Shown here one piece after another: positions 52,949 to 64,000 of a stretch of DNA of 64,000 nt. Each line of letters starts with the position of its first letter. Positions within the stretch are counted from its first letter, which is position 1. The position numbers and the translations under genes were made by a program. The notes below the pieces were generated by a model, which worked only from the letters and a program-made list of their open reading frames with translations, had not been told where the DNA came from and made no database searches. This DNA is from Eledone cirrhosa. Its lineage: Eukaryota. Where the stretch lies: the NCBI GenBank assembly GCA_964016885.1, contig OZ024742.1, forward strand, positions 268,522,001 to 268,586,000, written 5' to 3'.

Positions 52949-55900
52949 TTTCTTTATTAACCACAAGGATTTACATAAAGTAGACATTAAGGACAGTGCA
53001 GGACAATACAGGACGGTACAAATGGGCATTTCTGCGTGTAAAAAAAACAAAAACAGGGGATGTAACACAAAAATAACAATGAAATATTCCCAATATGGGG
53101 GAGACTTCGGAGGTACATTTGTGGAGAAAGCCCAGTAAAAAGGCCACAGTGACCCTGACCACCAAGGTAAGTGCCCTCTCCCAGTTTTCCACCTTTAATT
53201 TACAGATACGTACTCAGAGTACACCCATTCACTCGGGCCATTCTTGCTTCTCTCACCCATCTTTCAACAAAATGTTTGGAAGAGATCACTCCCCTCTCTA
53301 CTCTGATTTTCCTTTTCAAATGAAATTTGAAAAAAGTCAATCAGGGCATCACCGAAGAGGTAAGTGCTGGTCTTCAGCACTTTCAAACGTGTCCACCATG
53401 CTATCTCTTTCACCATGGCCACCAGAGAGATAAAAACTGCCTGCTCTTCCCGGCTAAAGGAAGAGGGTGGGGCAATCCTCACGGTGGACTCAGATGATAG
53501 CCGGATCCGTCCGACACGCGACAGCAGGTGTTCGACATAAACCCACAAGTCAGCAATTTTCGGACACTGGACGAGTGCGTGCAGGACGGTTTTGTCGCCC
53601 TGCGCGCATCTCGGACATGCCCGGCTGACGGCACCTCCATGCCTGTAGAGTTTACCCGAACTGGCAAGGCTCCTCGGTAGCACTGCCAGGCCAGAGATTT
53701 CTGGAAGTTGTCCATAGGTCCCGGCCCGAAAGTACTTCCGAAGAGATTGGCTAGTTGATTTTCGTCGACGCCTAGAGTTTCCCCAAGTACGTCGTCGTTC
53801 TTCCCCTCCACTAATCCTCTATAGAATGCAGAGGTAGAGTTTCCACCGATTACATTGCCCGATTGGTCGAGGGCTGTGAGCGCCTGAAGACATTCCAGTC
53901 TCCAGGCGCTCCCTCTCGGTCTTCGCTTGACCCAGGACTGGAGCTAGGTCAAGGAAACGAGCTGGGGAAATACGTGTCTAGAAAACGGCGCCCACACCTG
54001 ATCACCGTCGAGGAAGAGGTGGAGATGTCGTAGCCTGAGCGCGTGTCTGCGCATCATTAGCCACGGCATGCCCAGCCATCCACGTAGGGGTGTTGACAGC
54101 AGATGAACCTCCTGACCATCGGAGCACGTCCCTTCCACAAAAAGCGAAAGAGCAAACGCTCCAGCGCAGTCAGGCGGTAGCAGATGACAGATGCGATGTA
54201 CGCGTTAGCCACCTCCGCTCGACCTTTCAGGGATAGTTTCCTCTCCGCCCATTTCTGGGTAAGAGAAGCCACCCTGCTCGTCACCTCGTCCCAGTTTTTG
54301 TCCGTCTGGAGGTCCAGACCCCTAGCAATTTAACCGGTCCGTCCGTCCAGCATCCGACGACGCTGTTGAACGGCATGGACCTGCCTCTCCAGGTGCCGAG
54401 CTGCAAGCCCACTGACTTCTCCTGTTTGATCATTGCTCCTGTCACCGCTTCGTATTCTCTTAGTGTAGTGCCGATCGCCTCGATGTTTTTGGCGTTCGAC
54501 ACCACTACGGTTACATCGTCCGCATATGCTGACACGGATCTTCCGAATCCTAGTTCGCGCGGGACGCCCCCCAACGTCTCCAGTTTGTGCAGTAATGGCT
54601 CGAGAGTCAATACGTACAAGAGGGAGGAGAGGGGACATCCCTGGCGAATCGAGCGCATGATGTTGAACGGTTCCGAAAGGTGACCGTTCACTCTCACCAC
54701 AGAGCAGATGTCGCTGTGCATGGCAGCGATTCAGCCTCTGAAGACGGGCCCAAAGCCAGCCGCCCTCAGGACTGCCACTAGTTAACGATGGCGACCCTAT
54801 CGAAAGCTTTCGACTGATCTAAATTGATCAAGTACCCACCCGTGCCAGGTTCCCTAGCTACCCTCTCTACGATGTATCGTATGAGGTGGAGGTTGTCGTG
54901 GATGGATCTGTCGGGAATGGCGCATGTCTGCGCCTCTCCCACCAGACCACCAACGACAAGCGCCAACCTCTTTGTTAGCACCTAAGCCAAAATCTTGAAT
55001 TTTGTGTTTAGCAGAGTTATGGGCCTGAAATTATCTATGTTATCCCCCTTGTTCGGATCCTTTCTCAGCAGCGCCACCGCTCCTCGGCTCACAGAGCTGG
55101 GAATTCTCCCGTTCTGTTGCCAGTTGCAGTAGACGTCCGCCACGAGGCCTCCGAACAAGTCTGGCGTCTGTACGTAGAGTTCATAGGGCAGACCATCCAA
55201 ACTAGGCGATTTACCCCTTGTGCAGCCAGTCATTGCCTCCCTTACTTCAGCGGCTGTTATCGGCTTTTCACAACAGTCCGCCTCAGTGGCCGAGTGCCGC
55301 TGCAGTCCGTCGAGGTAGACACTAAAGTCCATCCCTCGACCCGGCCCACCGCTGCCCCAGAACAGCTGAGCGAAGTGTCGCTGAAAAGCTTCACACATTT
55401 GCCCGGGATCGAGTAGCATGCACCCGTCGTGGTCCACCAAAGACCGGATCGTGGCTTTGTGACCACGTCAAGCCTCCGCCACTCGGGCCCATTGAACCGC
55501 TTTCACACCCTCGTATCTGAGAGCACGCACCCTAGCTCTGACAACGCAGCCTTCGTGCTTTGCATTGAAGAATTGGTCAAGGGCCAATTTCGCCGCAAGC
55601 ACGTCGGTCGCGATGCCTTTGCTAAGCCCCTCGTCAAATTTTCTAACTAGTTATCCCTCTGCTCTATTTTTCTCTATTGCTAAAGCCTTAGTAAAACTAA
55701 TGGATTCTATTCTAATCTCTCTTTTCAGAGCAAACCACCACTTGCTGTTGACGATGGCCCCCGTCAGCGCCCGTATAACTAGTTCGCTAATCCGGTCATT
55801 GTAGGCCTTGCGCGCTGGTAAGGACGCGTTTAGCTTCCAGTAGCCGGGTCCTCGTCTATGAAGCCTATCTAAGTCAAGCACACAGATCACGAATTTGTGA

Positions 55901-58545
55901 TCCGTGTAGCTGACTATCTTGAATTGTGGACAGCCTATGCTAGACTTATCTATTTCCCTACAAATTACTCTATCTAGATATGATCTGAATGACCCTATGC
56001 GATTTGTCCAAGTCCGCATTGGCACATTCCGGAAATCCAATCGGTACCTGTCAGACAGTTCAAAACGCCTGAGCAGATTGGTGAGGCTCTTGCACCCTCC
56101 ACCCCTATCCGCTAATCCCACAAAGTCCCAGCGTGCATCTAAGATCTCGTTCCAGTCGCCCACTAACACTAAAGAGCGGGACGTTCCAAGAAAGGTGTCC
56201 AGACGCCGGAAGAAATCAGGTCGCCCTGCTCCTGTCGGGGCATAGACGGCCACTAACCAACTTACCCTCTGGGCCCAGGAAGATGACCCTTATGGTGAGA
56301 TCCAAACATTCTCCGAAAAAGCACAGCAACTCCTTCCCCCCGATCCAGGACGGCTGAGAGATGCGTACACATCGTAGCCGCTGAAGATCGGTGCGAAGTC
56401 CCGTGCTTCGGAGATTCTGGTCTCGCTGATGGCCACTACATCTATGTTTAGTGACCTGAGGTCGTTGAGCAGGTGACCCTGCTTCCATGACAACCCCAAG
56501 CCATGCGCATTTATGCTGCCTATTCTGAGTGAGGTCATGTTTAAAATAGAGTGGAAAAGATGTGAAAGACCACTTACTGTACTTTTCGTAGAGGAAGGAT
56601 GGTTTCTCCATCCCTTTTCACTTGATCGTCTGGTGAAGGGACCGTTGAATCGTCCCTTCGGCTGGTCGTCGGCTCTTCTATGAGTATGTCCGAATATACT
56701 TTCCGGTTGAGAGTCCCTCCTAGGTTTTTGAAATCACCAACTGCGTTGGGGAATTTCATTTTAATGCTTGTATATTGTTTCTATGCTATTCTTACCAGTC
56801 TTATGTTAGTTAGTGTTTTGATTGGTGCTGGTTTATGTAGTCGTGCTGTGAAATGTTTGTGTGTTCAATTATGTAAGTCATTAGTTTCTTGTTGTGTGTA
56901 TTTATTGCTGTGCCTTTGTGTTTCTGGGGGTGGGGTGTGGTTCTGCTATTTTCTTGTCGTTGTTGCTGGGTGTGTGTGTTTTGTTGTTGTGTTGCGATGG
57001 TGGTGGTGTTGAAGGTGTTGTTGTTGTTTACGGTGGGGTTGCCTCCGGTGGTGATGGGGGTGCTAGTGTGGGTGCTGATGGTGTTGCTGCTGTAAGTCTC
57101 TATGCGGTAGACTTTACCCTTTTTTCATTTCTTTCCTCCCCTTTCGAAGGCGATGATGCGCTGCTTCTGCGTTTGTGCCTTCTTGCGACCTTTGGCCATC
57201 CCTCTCCCACATCACACTCCATATCCGATTCTGTGAGGTCGGGGAGGGGTACCAGTCCACTCTTTCACTTGTTATTGTTGGTGATGTTTGCAGTGGAGTC
57301 TCTGTGCAGCTGCAGTTGGTATTACTGTTGTTGTTGTTAATACTTCCACTGCTGCTGCTGTTCTTGATTTCCGTGACATGGGTAAGTGTGCCACGGACCT
57401 ATCCTTCCTGCTTGGTGCCTGTCCTGTTGCTGGTAGCACTGGAGCCGGTTTCGGAAGGAGGGAGTTTATCTTTTTTCTCAGGGTCTTCTCATTGCAGAAG
57501 GCCCTGAGGTGAGTCTTCGATCCACAGCGAAATCATTTCGGGTATTGCCCCCAACACTTAAGGGCACTTGAGTGTCCTTATCGAAGTCTATCACATCCAG
57601 GATAGCTTCGATGCAATCCTGGTTGGTTTGGATTAACTTCTCAATGGAGGTGCCGACCCAATCTTCTCGTACTTATTTCTGTACTTGCAGTACAGTTGTT
57701 TTGTCCTCGATTCCGACGAGGCCAGACGCGGCCAGACAAGAAGTGGCCATCCCCCGGGGGGGGGGGGGGCGTGGGTCAGTTTGACCCTCACAATTGTTTG
57801 CCCGCAGTAGTAGGGCACCAACACCATTTCCTCGCTGCTTAGAGTCACCTGGGGTGTGGCAAAATGCACGTCTACTGTGGAATATTTCTTGCCTCGGGTG
57901 ATATGCGTATTCCGCTGCCACACAGACCCTAAGGCTTTTTGTATTTGAGCGTCTGTGGCTCTTTCCATCTTACGTGATTTTGTGCTTACTGCACGGTACG
58001 TGACCGTACAGTGTTGTTGGGTTTCGAAAAAGTTATCGGCTGCCTTGCAGATTGCTCGGTGTCCGGTTTTCTTCACCATCTTCTTTGCTTCCTGTAATTC
58101 CTCATTTGTTATAAGGATGGTTTCCAGGTTCTTTGCAATACCTGTAAACGAGATTAGTTTTTCTTTCTTGTTGTTGTTGTCGTCGTGAGAGCTGCTGTTA
58201 CTTTTGTTGTTGTTGCTGGTACTACGACCGCCGCCGCCGCTGTTGCTGTGGTTGTTGTTGTTGTTGCTGGTGCTGCTGTTGTTGTTGCTGTTGCTGCTGC
58301 TGCTGTTATTACGGCTGCTGCTGCTATTCGTCATGACGTCAGCCGAATGAAATGGCTTTCCGTATTTACCGCACACATTTTTCGTCGTTGTCGTCGTCGT
58401 GGAGAAATGTTCCACGGAATGCCCGTTCTCTTGGTGAAATGTACCTGAAACTATATTTTACTTTTTCTTTAATGGCGTCGCTTGCGAAAGAGGTGACAAC
58501 ACATTTAGAGAAGGGAGGGAGAGAGACAATCTTCTCTCTGACGTA
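52891..58545 (-). mobile_element. Decayed full-length L1/Tx1-clade LINE (ORF1 gag-like, ORF2 APE-RT)
   Basis: ORF2 from 56538: SINAHGL...ISETR, AVYAPT, VGDWN, SYLDR, TDH, GYWKLN, NFRPITLLN, DQSKAFDRV, RQGCPLS, YADD, CPRC...LHALVQC. ORF1 (~58335-56800) has a *FRCGSKTHLRAFC knuckle. AATAAA plus a trinucleotide tail; many frameshifts. Confidence 0.92.
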
Positions 58546-59639
58546 GTGACGATTGAGGAAGAAGAAGACGGAATGAGTGGGAGAAACTTGTGAAAATTAT
58601 TTTTTGCAGCCATATTTTTTTTACGGTTTAAAATGAATATTGGGGCACAAAACCCCAATAAGCGGTTATTTATCCCGAAGGGCCAAATAACGGGCAGAAA
58701 GACCCTCTCACGAGGAGGAGGGTTTTTTTATCTACAATTTGGTTCAAGTTTTAAACAATTTACTTCTAAGGTATTGAATATCAGTCACAATATTTTTTGG
58801 TAGTATTTTCTCATTTTGATTGCTTCTATATTTTTACACGTACATAAGGGTAGTGTGCATATTTGCCTATTTTGTTAGTCGTTCATTCAATCCCATTTTA
58901 TCGTAATATTGAGGGTTGGAAACAATATCCTATTTGACTGACAGCAATTGCAAATTAACACTATCATACTCTTTAAACCATCTGATGTGTCGATAAAGAC
59001 GAATTAATTCACATCTAGTTTACGAGGTTACTTGTAAAACTACACATCCGCACACATCTGCCTATGTATGAAACTATGCTTCTAGATGGTCAAATATAAA
59101 GGAGATTGTAATAGATTGTAATAGATATTGCATTAAATAAATAATATATTTATATATAACTATATTGTGTTAATTTCATACATGTGTCATATATCTTATA
59201 TACACGAGAAAGACTAATAATGGGTCTAACGGTTATTATAAATTCACAACAAAATTATGTAATAGATGAAGGATATAGTAATTATTTAACAAGTATTATA
59301 TTTACTAGCAGAACAATCAACCTTTTGGTAGTTTTAGCTAGCATGTGTAGTGTGCATATTGATATTATTCGTATATATATATGCATGTAGATATAATTCA
59401 TCAAATAAAGTCGTAATTGAGAATATGCACGGAAATTGGAGAGACTGTGTTACACTGTCTTCTATAATCAATAAAGAAATACATGATACATTTGAAAAAG
59501 ACGATATTATATATAAACTGCATTACGGTGAAATGAAATAAAAACGAAAACGGAGAAAATTAGCGACCAAAATATAAACGCTATGATGCAAATATATGAA
59601 CGTTTATATAGGTGGTGTGATATAGCGTTCATTATATCA

Positions 59640-60300
59640 TAACCGGAAGTATTGACATTTGCACATTTTAGAAGAAGTGAATGTTAAAATAAGCAGTCAT
59701 TATATGTAAGAATATTTATATTTACTCAACAGGTACGAAATTTAGTACATAAATTGTGTAATATTCATTCATTATTTGTGCGGTAGATCGGCAGTATCGG
59801 TAGAGGGTCTGACGCCATGCTTTGTAGGAAAGAGTTGCGTCCCATTATGGTCTTAGTTCAAATCCCGCCGAGGTTAACTTTGCCTTTCATCCTTACGGGG
59901 TTGATAAAATAAAGTACCAGTAATCTACTGGGTAATTGCTGGCCTTGTTCCAAAAGTAGAAACATCTTCAAATTCAATGTATAAGTTATATTATTTGTTT
60001 TCAGATAAAGGTAGCGAATTAGGTCATATGTTTAATGAGGGTTTTCTAAAAGAATGAAGATGAGAATGTTATTGTGTTTTAAAATTATTTGAGGTTGCTC
60101 CTATGTATAATGTAGAGAATTGAGATGTGTTAAATGTGCAACCATATGCTACATTATTAGTTACGTAATTACGGTTAAGTGGACATAGTGCTTTATTTCT
60201 ACAGTTATAATTTGGTTTAATTATAGAGTTTGTATGAGAGAATAAATACCTTAAATCAATATTATTGAGTGTAATATTATGGTTGTTGCCGTTGTTAATA
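59640..60300 (-). pseudogene. Penelope-like GIY-YIG fragment interrupted by a SINE
   Basis: Minus strand LCPLNRNYVTNNVAY...LYIGATSNNFKTQ*HSHLHSFRK. Confidence 0.72.
59780..59965 (+). mobile_element. tRNA-SINE, full length
   Basis: A box cggcagtatcgg, B box gttcaaatcc, core gcctttcatccttacggggttgataaaataaagtaccag. Confidence 0.92.
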
Positions 60301-61019
60301 TGTTTATATGGATATAGGCATCTGTTTCACTATATATACTGACAGGTAGTGGGTTGTTAATATAATTATTTAAATGGTCATTTTGGATAGATGCATGTAA
60401 AGATGTGAAGTATTATTGATTTAAAAGTGTAATCTTTTTTTTTATTTTCCTCTTGTTACAAAAACCTATTTTCGCAGCTGTATATAGAATTATAATTCTA
60501 CAGCAACAATATTTGACTCCTGATTACATAGCTGGAGCTTGTGCCCAGCATGAATATTGTATGGATTAAGTTGGATATCTTTGAATTCGTATTTGAAAAG
60601 TTACAGTGGTTTCAAAAACGTACTTCACTTTAACCCTTAGTTATTGAAACATTTAGACTTATTTGATACTATATGCTCTAAACTGGCTATTCAGATGGCA
60701 ACTAAACAAACTACAATTTTATTTTAGTTATTTGTCAAGATATTTTGTTGATTGTTTATGGCTTTGATAACCTCAGATTATTCATATGACTTGTCCTGAC
60801 GAACAGCTGAGTGTTACATGAAATAATTGGCTTCTAAATGCGCACTCTTATAGGCAGAAATAATTGTCAGTAATGAAATGACTATATGTATATAATTGTA
60901 CTACATTGCAATTATATACATATACATATATACTGTAGTATGAATTTGGTAGAAATATCCAAGTGTAAGAGAACTTAGGACAAGTTAAGTATAATTAATT
61001 ACAAGAGTGACATATATAT

Positions 61020-61630
61020 GTGTCGCACCACCGTTCGTTGCACGTAATGTGAAGATCAATGTAATTAGAAAATTCCTAAGCTCCTAGATCTCCACTTCCT
61101 TGTTTGCCATAAGTACCGACGGATATACGATCGCCATGCAATGAAAATAGGCTAGTCCTGTACTAATAACATTAAAGCCCACATCACCGGCAAACACAAA
61201 AGCGTTCAACCTTACGGATACTCATGCCCACTAGAGTAACAATACTTTCCAGCAGTGATATATCAAGCAGAATTGACCTCCACTAAACAGAACCACCAAC
61301 CGTAAGCTTGGAATTATGTCGGAATGTCCGAGAACCGATTCAAAAGCCGGAACCTGAACCATGAAACAACATTCACACATCATAACAAAAAACATGCTTC
61401 CCAGCTTGTATGGAGCCTTACAAATAACGAACAGATATTTTAATTAAAAGTAGTATATAAAAAATGTACCACCTAGATTAATAGGACGACAGTTTGCTGG
61501 CTATATAACTGGGAAAAAAAGAATATATTCTCTGAAATGAATTCAACGAAACGCTCCTTAAAAACACGCATTGACTGCTTTAGTCACTATACACACAAAG
61601 CGAAATTTATTCTGAGAAAATGGTATAGAC
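61020..61630 (+). pseudogene. Penelope-like linker plus GIY-YIG fragment
   Basis: APPF...NVKINVIRKFLKLLDLHF...HKY, CPLE...AVIYQAEL, YVGMSENRFKSRNLNH, SQLVWSL. Confidence 0.8.
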
Positions 61631-61757
61631 CTGATTAACTTATATGAATGTGATTTACTTATATGAATTATAAGGAATTTGATTTCTTCGAATTACTAAC
61701 TTAGCACAAGTTCCCTGCTTTTGGGTTATGTTATCCTTTTTGACCTAACTAATAAAT

Positions 61758-61940
61758 CTTTCTACTTTTGGCACAAGGCCAGCAAATTTCCCAGTACATT
61801 ACTGGTACTTTATTTTGTCGACCTCGTAAGGATGAAAAGCAAAGGTAACCTCGGCGGGATTTGAACTCAGAATGGTAAAGGCCGTAACGATATGCGTCAA
61901 AAGCATGGCGTCCTAACCTCTACTGATAATGCCAATCCAA
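61758..61940 (-). mobile_element. tRNA-SINE
   Basis: Same family, on the minus strand. Confidence 0.88.
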
Positions 61941-62222
61941 ATGTTGTCTATTCATAACTAATGTTGAAATTATCTGCCCTTAAAGAGCTCTGGTATTTTT
62001 TCTAAAATCACGCCAATCTACCTGTTGGAATATACACTTTTTATAAAACAGTAAGGATGAGTTTAGGTGTATAACCCATCGAAACATATGGACCTCTATA
62101 TGTAATTGTTATAACTGATTTGTGTATACACACACATACACACTCACACACACGCACACATACTCACGCACACATACATACACATACACACCTACACACC
62201 TACACACAGACACACACACACG

Positions 62223-62287
<65 letters not shown>

Positions 62288-62332
62288 TTATATATATAAC
62301 TGGAATTCTATAAGAATTCAGCTTATATAACA

Positions 62333-62421
62333 CTCGGCAGAAGCGAATGTGTATGTAGACTTGATAACAATTTATGAGCGAGAAACGGGACCGTCGATTA
62401 CTCCACTTTACTTTTGCCGAG
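62333..62421 (+). ncRNA. Decayed hammerhead with an extended stem I
   Basis: ctcggcagaag/cttttgccgag (11 bp) encloses gtagac-tTGATaA-N14-GAAA-cgg-ga-ccg-TC-gattac. Confidence 0.5.
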
Positions 62422-62559
62422 ACTAAGTAAATGACGCAGCCACTACTTTAAAATTCGTAACGAATGGTCTACAAAAGGTTTTTAAATAAAAATTCAGTAT
62501 ATTATCAAATATGCTATAAGTACATCCATAGAAACTGGTTAACATTAATTTCGTTTAAC

Positions 62560-63300
62560 CATAGTTGCTGTTATATACATTTCGATGATAACCGTTATCA
62601 CATCACTTAATCATTCTACTTGGCTTTTTAATGTTTTGCAGACATTTGCCTATGTAAAATTGTAGCAACTTCGTTGCGGTTCTTGTTCTGGTGGGTCTTT
62701 CTGTACGAGCCCCCTTCATTACGAGAATATACGTGCTACCGTTTCCTCTCTTCTAACACATATTCTGAACGAATGTCGTGTTAGCCATTCGTATTTTCTC
62801 TTAGTTCCGAGGTCTTTACTTCTGATTGTTTGACCTTAATCGACTATTTTGAACACCCACTACCACCATCATTTATCTAAATATCTTCGTTTTAGCTGGA
62901 ATAAATACCTTATCGATGCTCATCAGTATTTTGATACAGATTCTATGTAATTTGTTTCTTCTCGTCGGATTTTATACTAGTTATCTGGTCTATACCTAAT
63001 ACGTCCATCTATCTGTTTCTACTAGAAGCACCATGTCAGTATTTGCAACACACTTCTTCAAACTCTCCATCTTGACTTCCGCATAATCTTCTATAAGTAT
63101 CACTACTCACCCTCCCTTTTCTCTTTTGACCTTAGTCTACGTATGTAAGTCTCTGCATATTGTCATCGCCTTATACTTTACCTTTTTGTGTCTATCTCAT
63201 GATCTTCATTTTTCAATTTTATTATTTCCTAGCTATATCTCATCATGTATGCTGCTCTTGGGTTTCCTCTTTATACTTCATAATTACCTTCTCCCGATTT
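62560..63300 (-). pseudogene. Old R4/Dong fragment (distinct family)
   Basis: Minus strand KGG*VVILIEDYAEVKMESLKK and FRICVRREETVARIFS...RNEVATILHRQM. Confidence 0.68.
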
Positions 63301-63824
63301 TCATTTGCTTATTCAACCTGTTATACAATCAATGTCAAATAGTTCCAGTTTGGTTTATTTATCCCGTCATTTTAATTGTATAGGACTCATTTCATCACAA
63401 ACATTCCACATTTGAAAATAGCATACTCAATTTTCATGTTATTGCTAAGCATTCTCTATAACCTGATAAGCTACTGGAGTTCTCTCGCATATGATTTTAA
63501 CTTAACTAGGAATACCAAATACCGGTCAATTCCTGTAATGCAAAATTGGAAATGCAGAGTATTTGGAATTGCTTTAAACGTCTAAAATATTATAGAAATC
63601 TTTGTTAGCGTGGTAAGTTATCTGAATATTTGGTTGACGAATTTGGATATAGTGGAATTATGTTACCATATAAAACATTATTTTAAATAAATCAATTTGT
63701 GTTTAGATAAAAGAAAGGAGATTTTCAAATATATATATACGACACTGCATATACCTACATGATTGGAAATGACAAAATCTGTAACAAAACTTACAATGCT
63801 ATTAATGTGATGATACGAATAATA

Positions 63825-64000
63825 GTTTCTTTATTGGCCACAGGGGCTAACATGAAGAAAAACATTACAGACGGCACAGAACGGTACAGGACGATACAAA
63901 GTGGATTTTGTCAGTGTAAAAAACGGTATAACAAGAAGATTGAAATCTAAAAAAAAATTCAAACAACAAACATTCCCCAATAGGGTGAAAGTTCCGAAAA
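63825..64000 (-). mobile_element. 3' end of another L1/Tx1 copy (runs out of the window)
   Basis: Similar to 52948-53110 (tttctttatt...ccaca...tacaggacg...tacaaa...cccaata). Confidence 0.72.

Noticed and set aside
58698-58730. Hairpin plus T-run resembling a bacterial terminator
   Set aside because: Eukaryotic context, imperfect stem and no associated transcription unit.
59780-59870. tRNA gene
   Set aside because: The A and B boxes belong to the multicopy SINE head, and no cloverleaf is evident.
60790-60835. ctgacga...gaaa hammerhead-like string
   Set aside because: Stems I-III are too weak and it is likely a chance match.
62880-62935. Minus-strand ctgatga...gaag
   Set aside because: No GAAA or stem III, and it lies inside a Dong coding remnant.

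Overview
AT-rich eukaryotic window made almost entirely of repeats, with no recognisable host protein-coding gene. The Nin/Deu-core tRNA-SINE and the (TA)n/(TAA)n/(GAA)n density suggest an invertebrate, probably a cephalopod (inference). 0-20 kb: a nested cluster of R4/Dong-type RLE non-LTR retrotransposons from at least 3 families, inserted into each other's (TAA)n tails. It includes one near-intact full-length copy (7.0-10.9 kb) with a strongly structured, pseudoknot-capable 5' leader. 20-62 kb: about a dozen Penelope-like (GIY-YIG) remnants, many in (TA)n arrays. Five have an inverted pseudo-LTR architecture, and together they carry about 14 intact or decayed type-I hammerhead ribozyme motifs, some with very large stem II inserts. 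One locus is a 101-bp-arm palindrome encoding only the 3' half of a hammerhead. Also present: a non-autonomous Helitron with a spliced STPR-repeat exon pair, a CRE-clade element, an RTE 3' end, a decayed full-length L1/Tx1 element and about 10 SINE copies. All calls come from manual reading of motifs, with no database searches.
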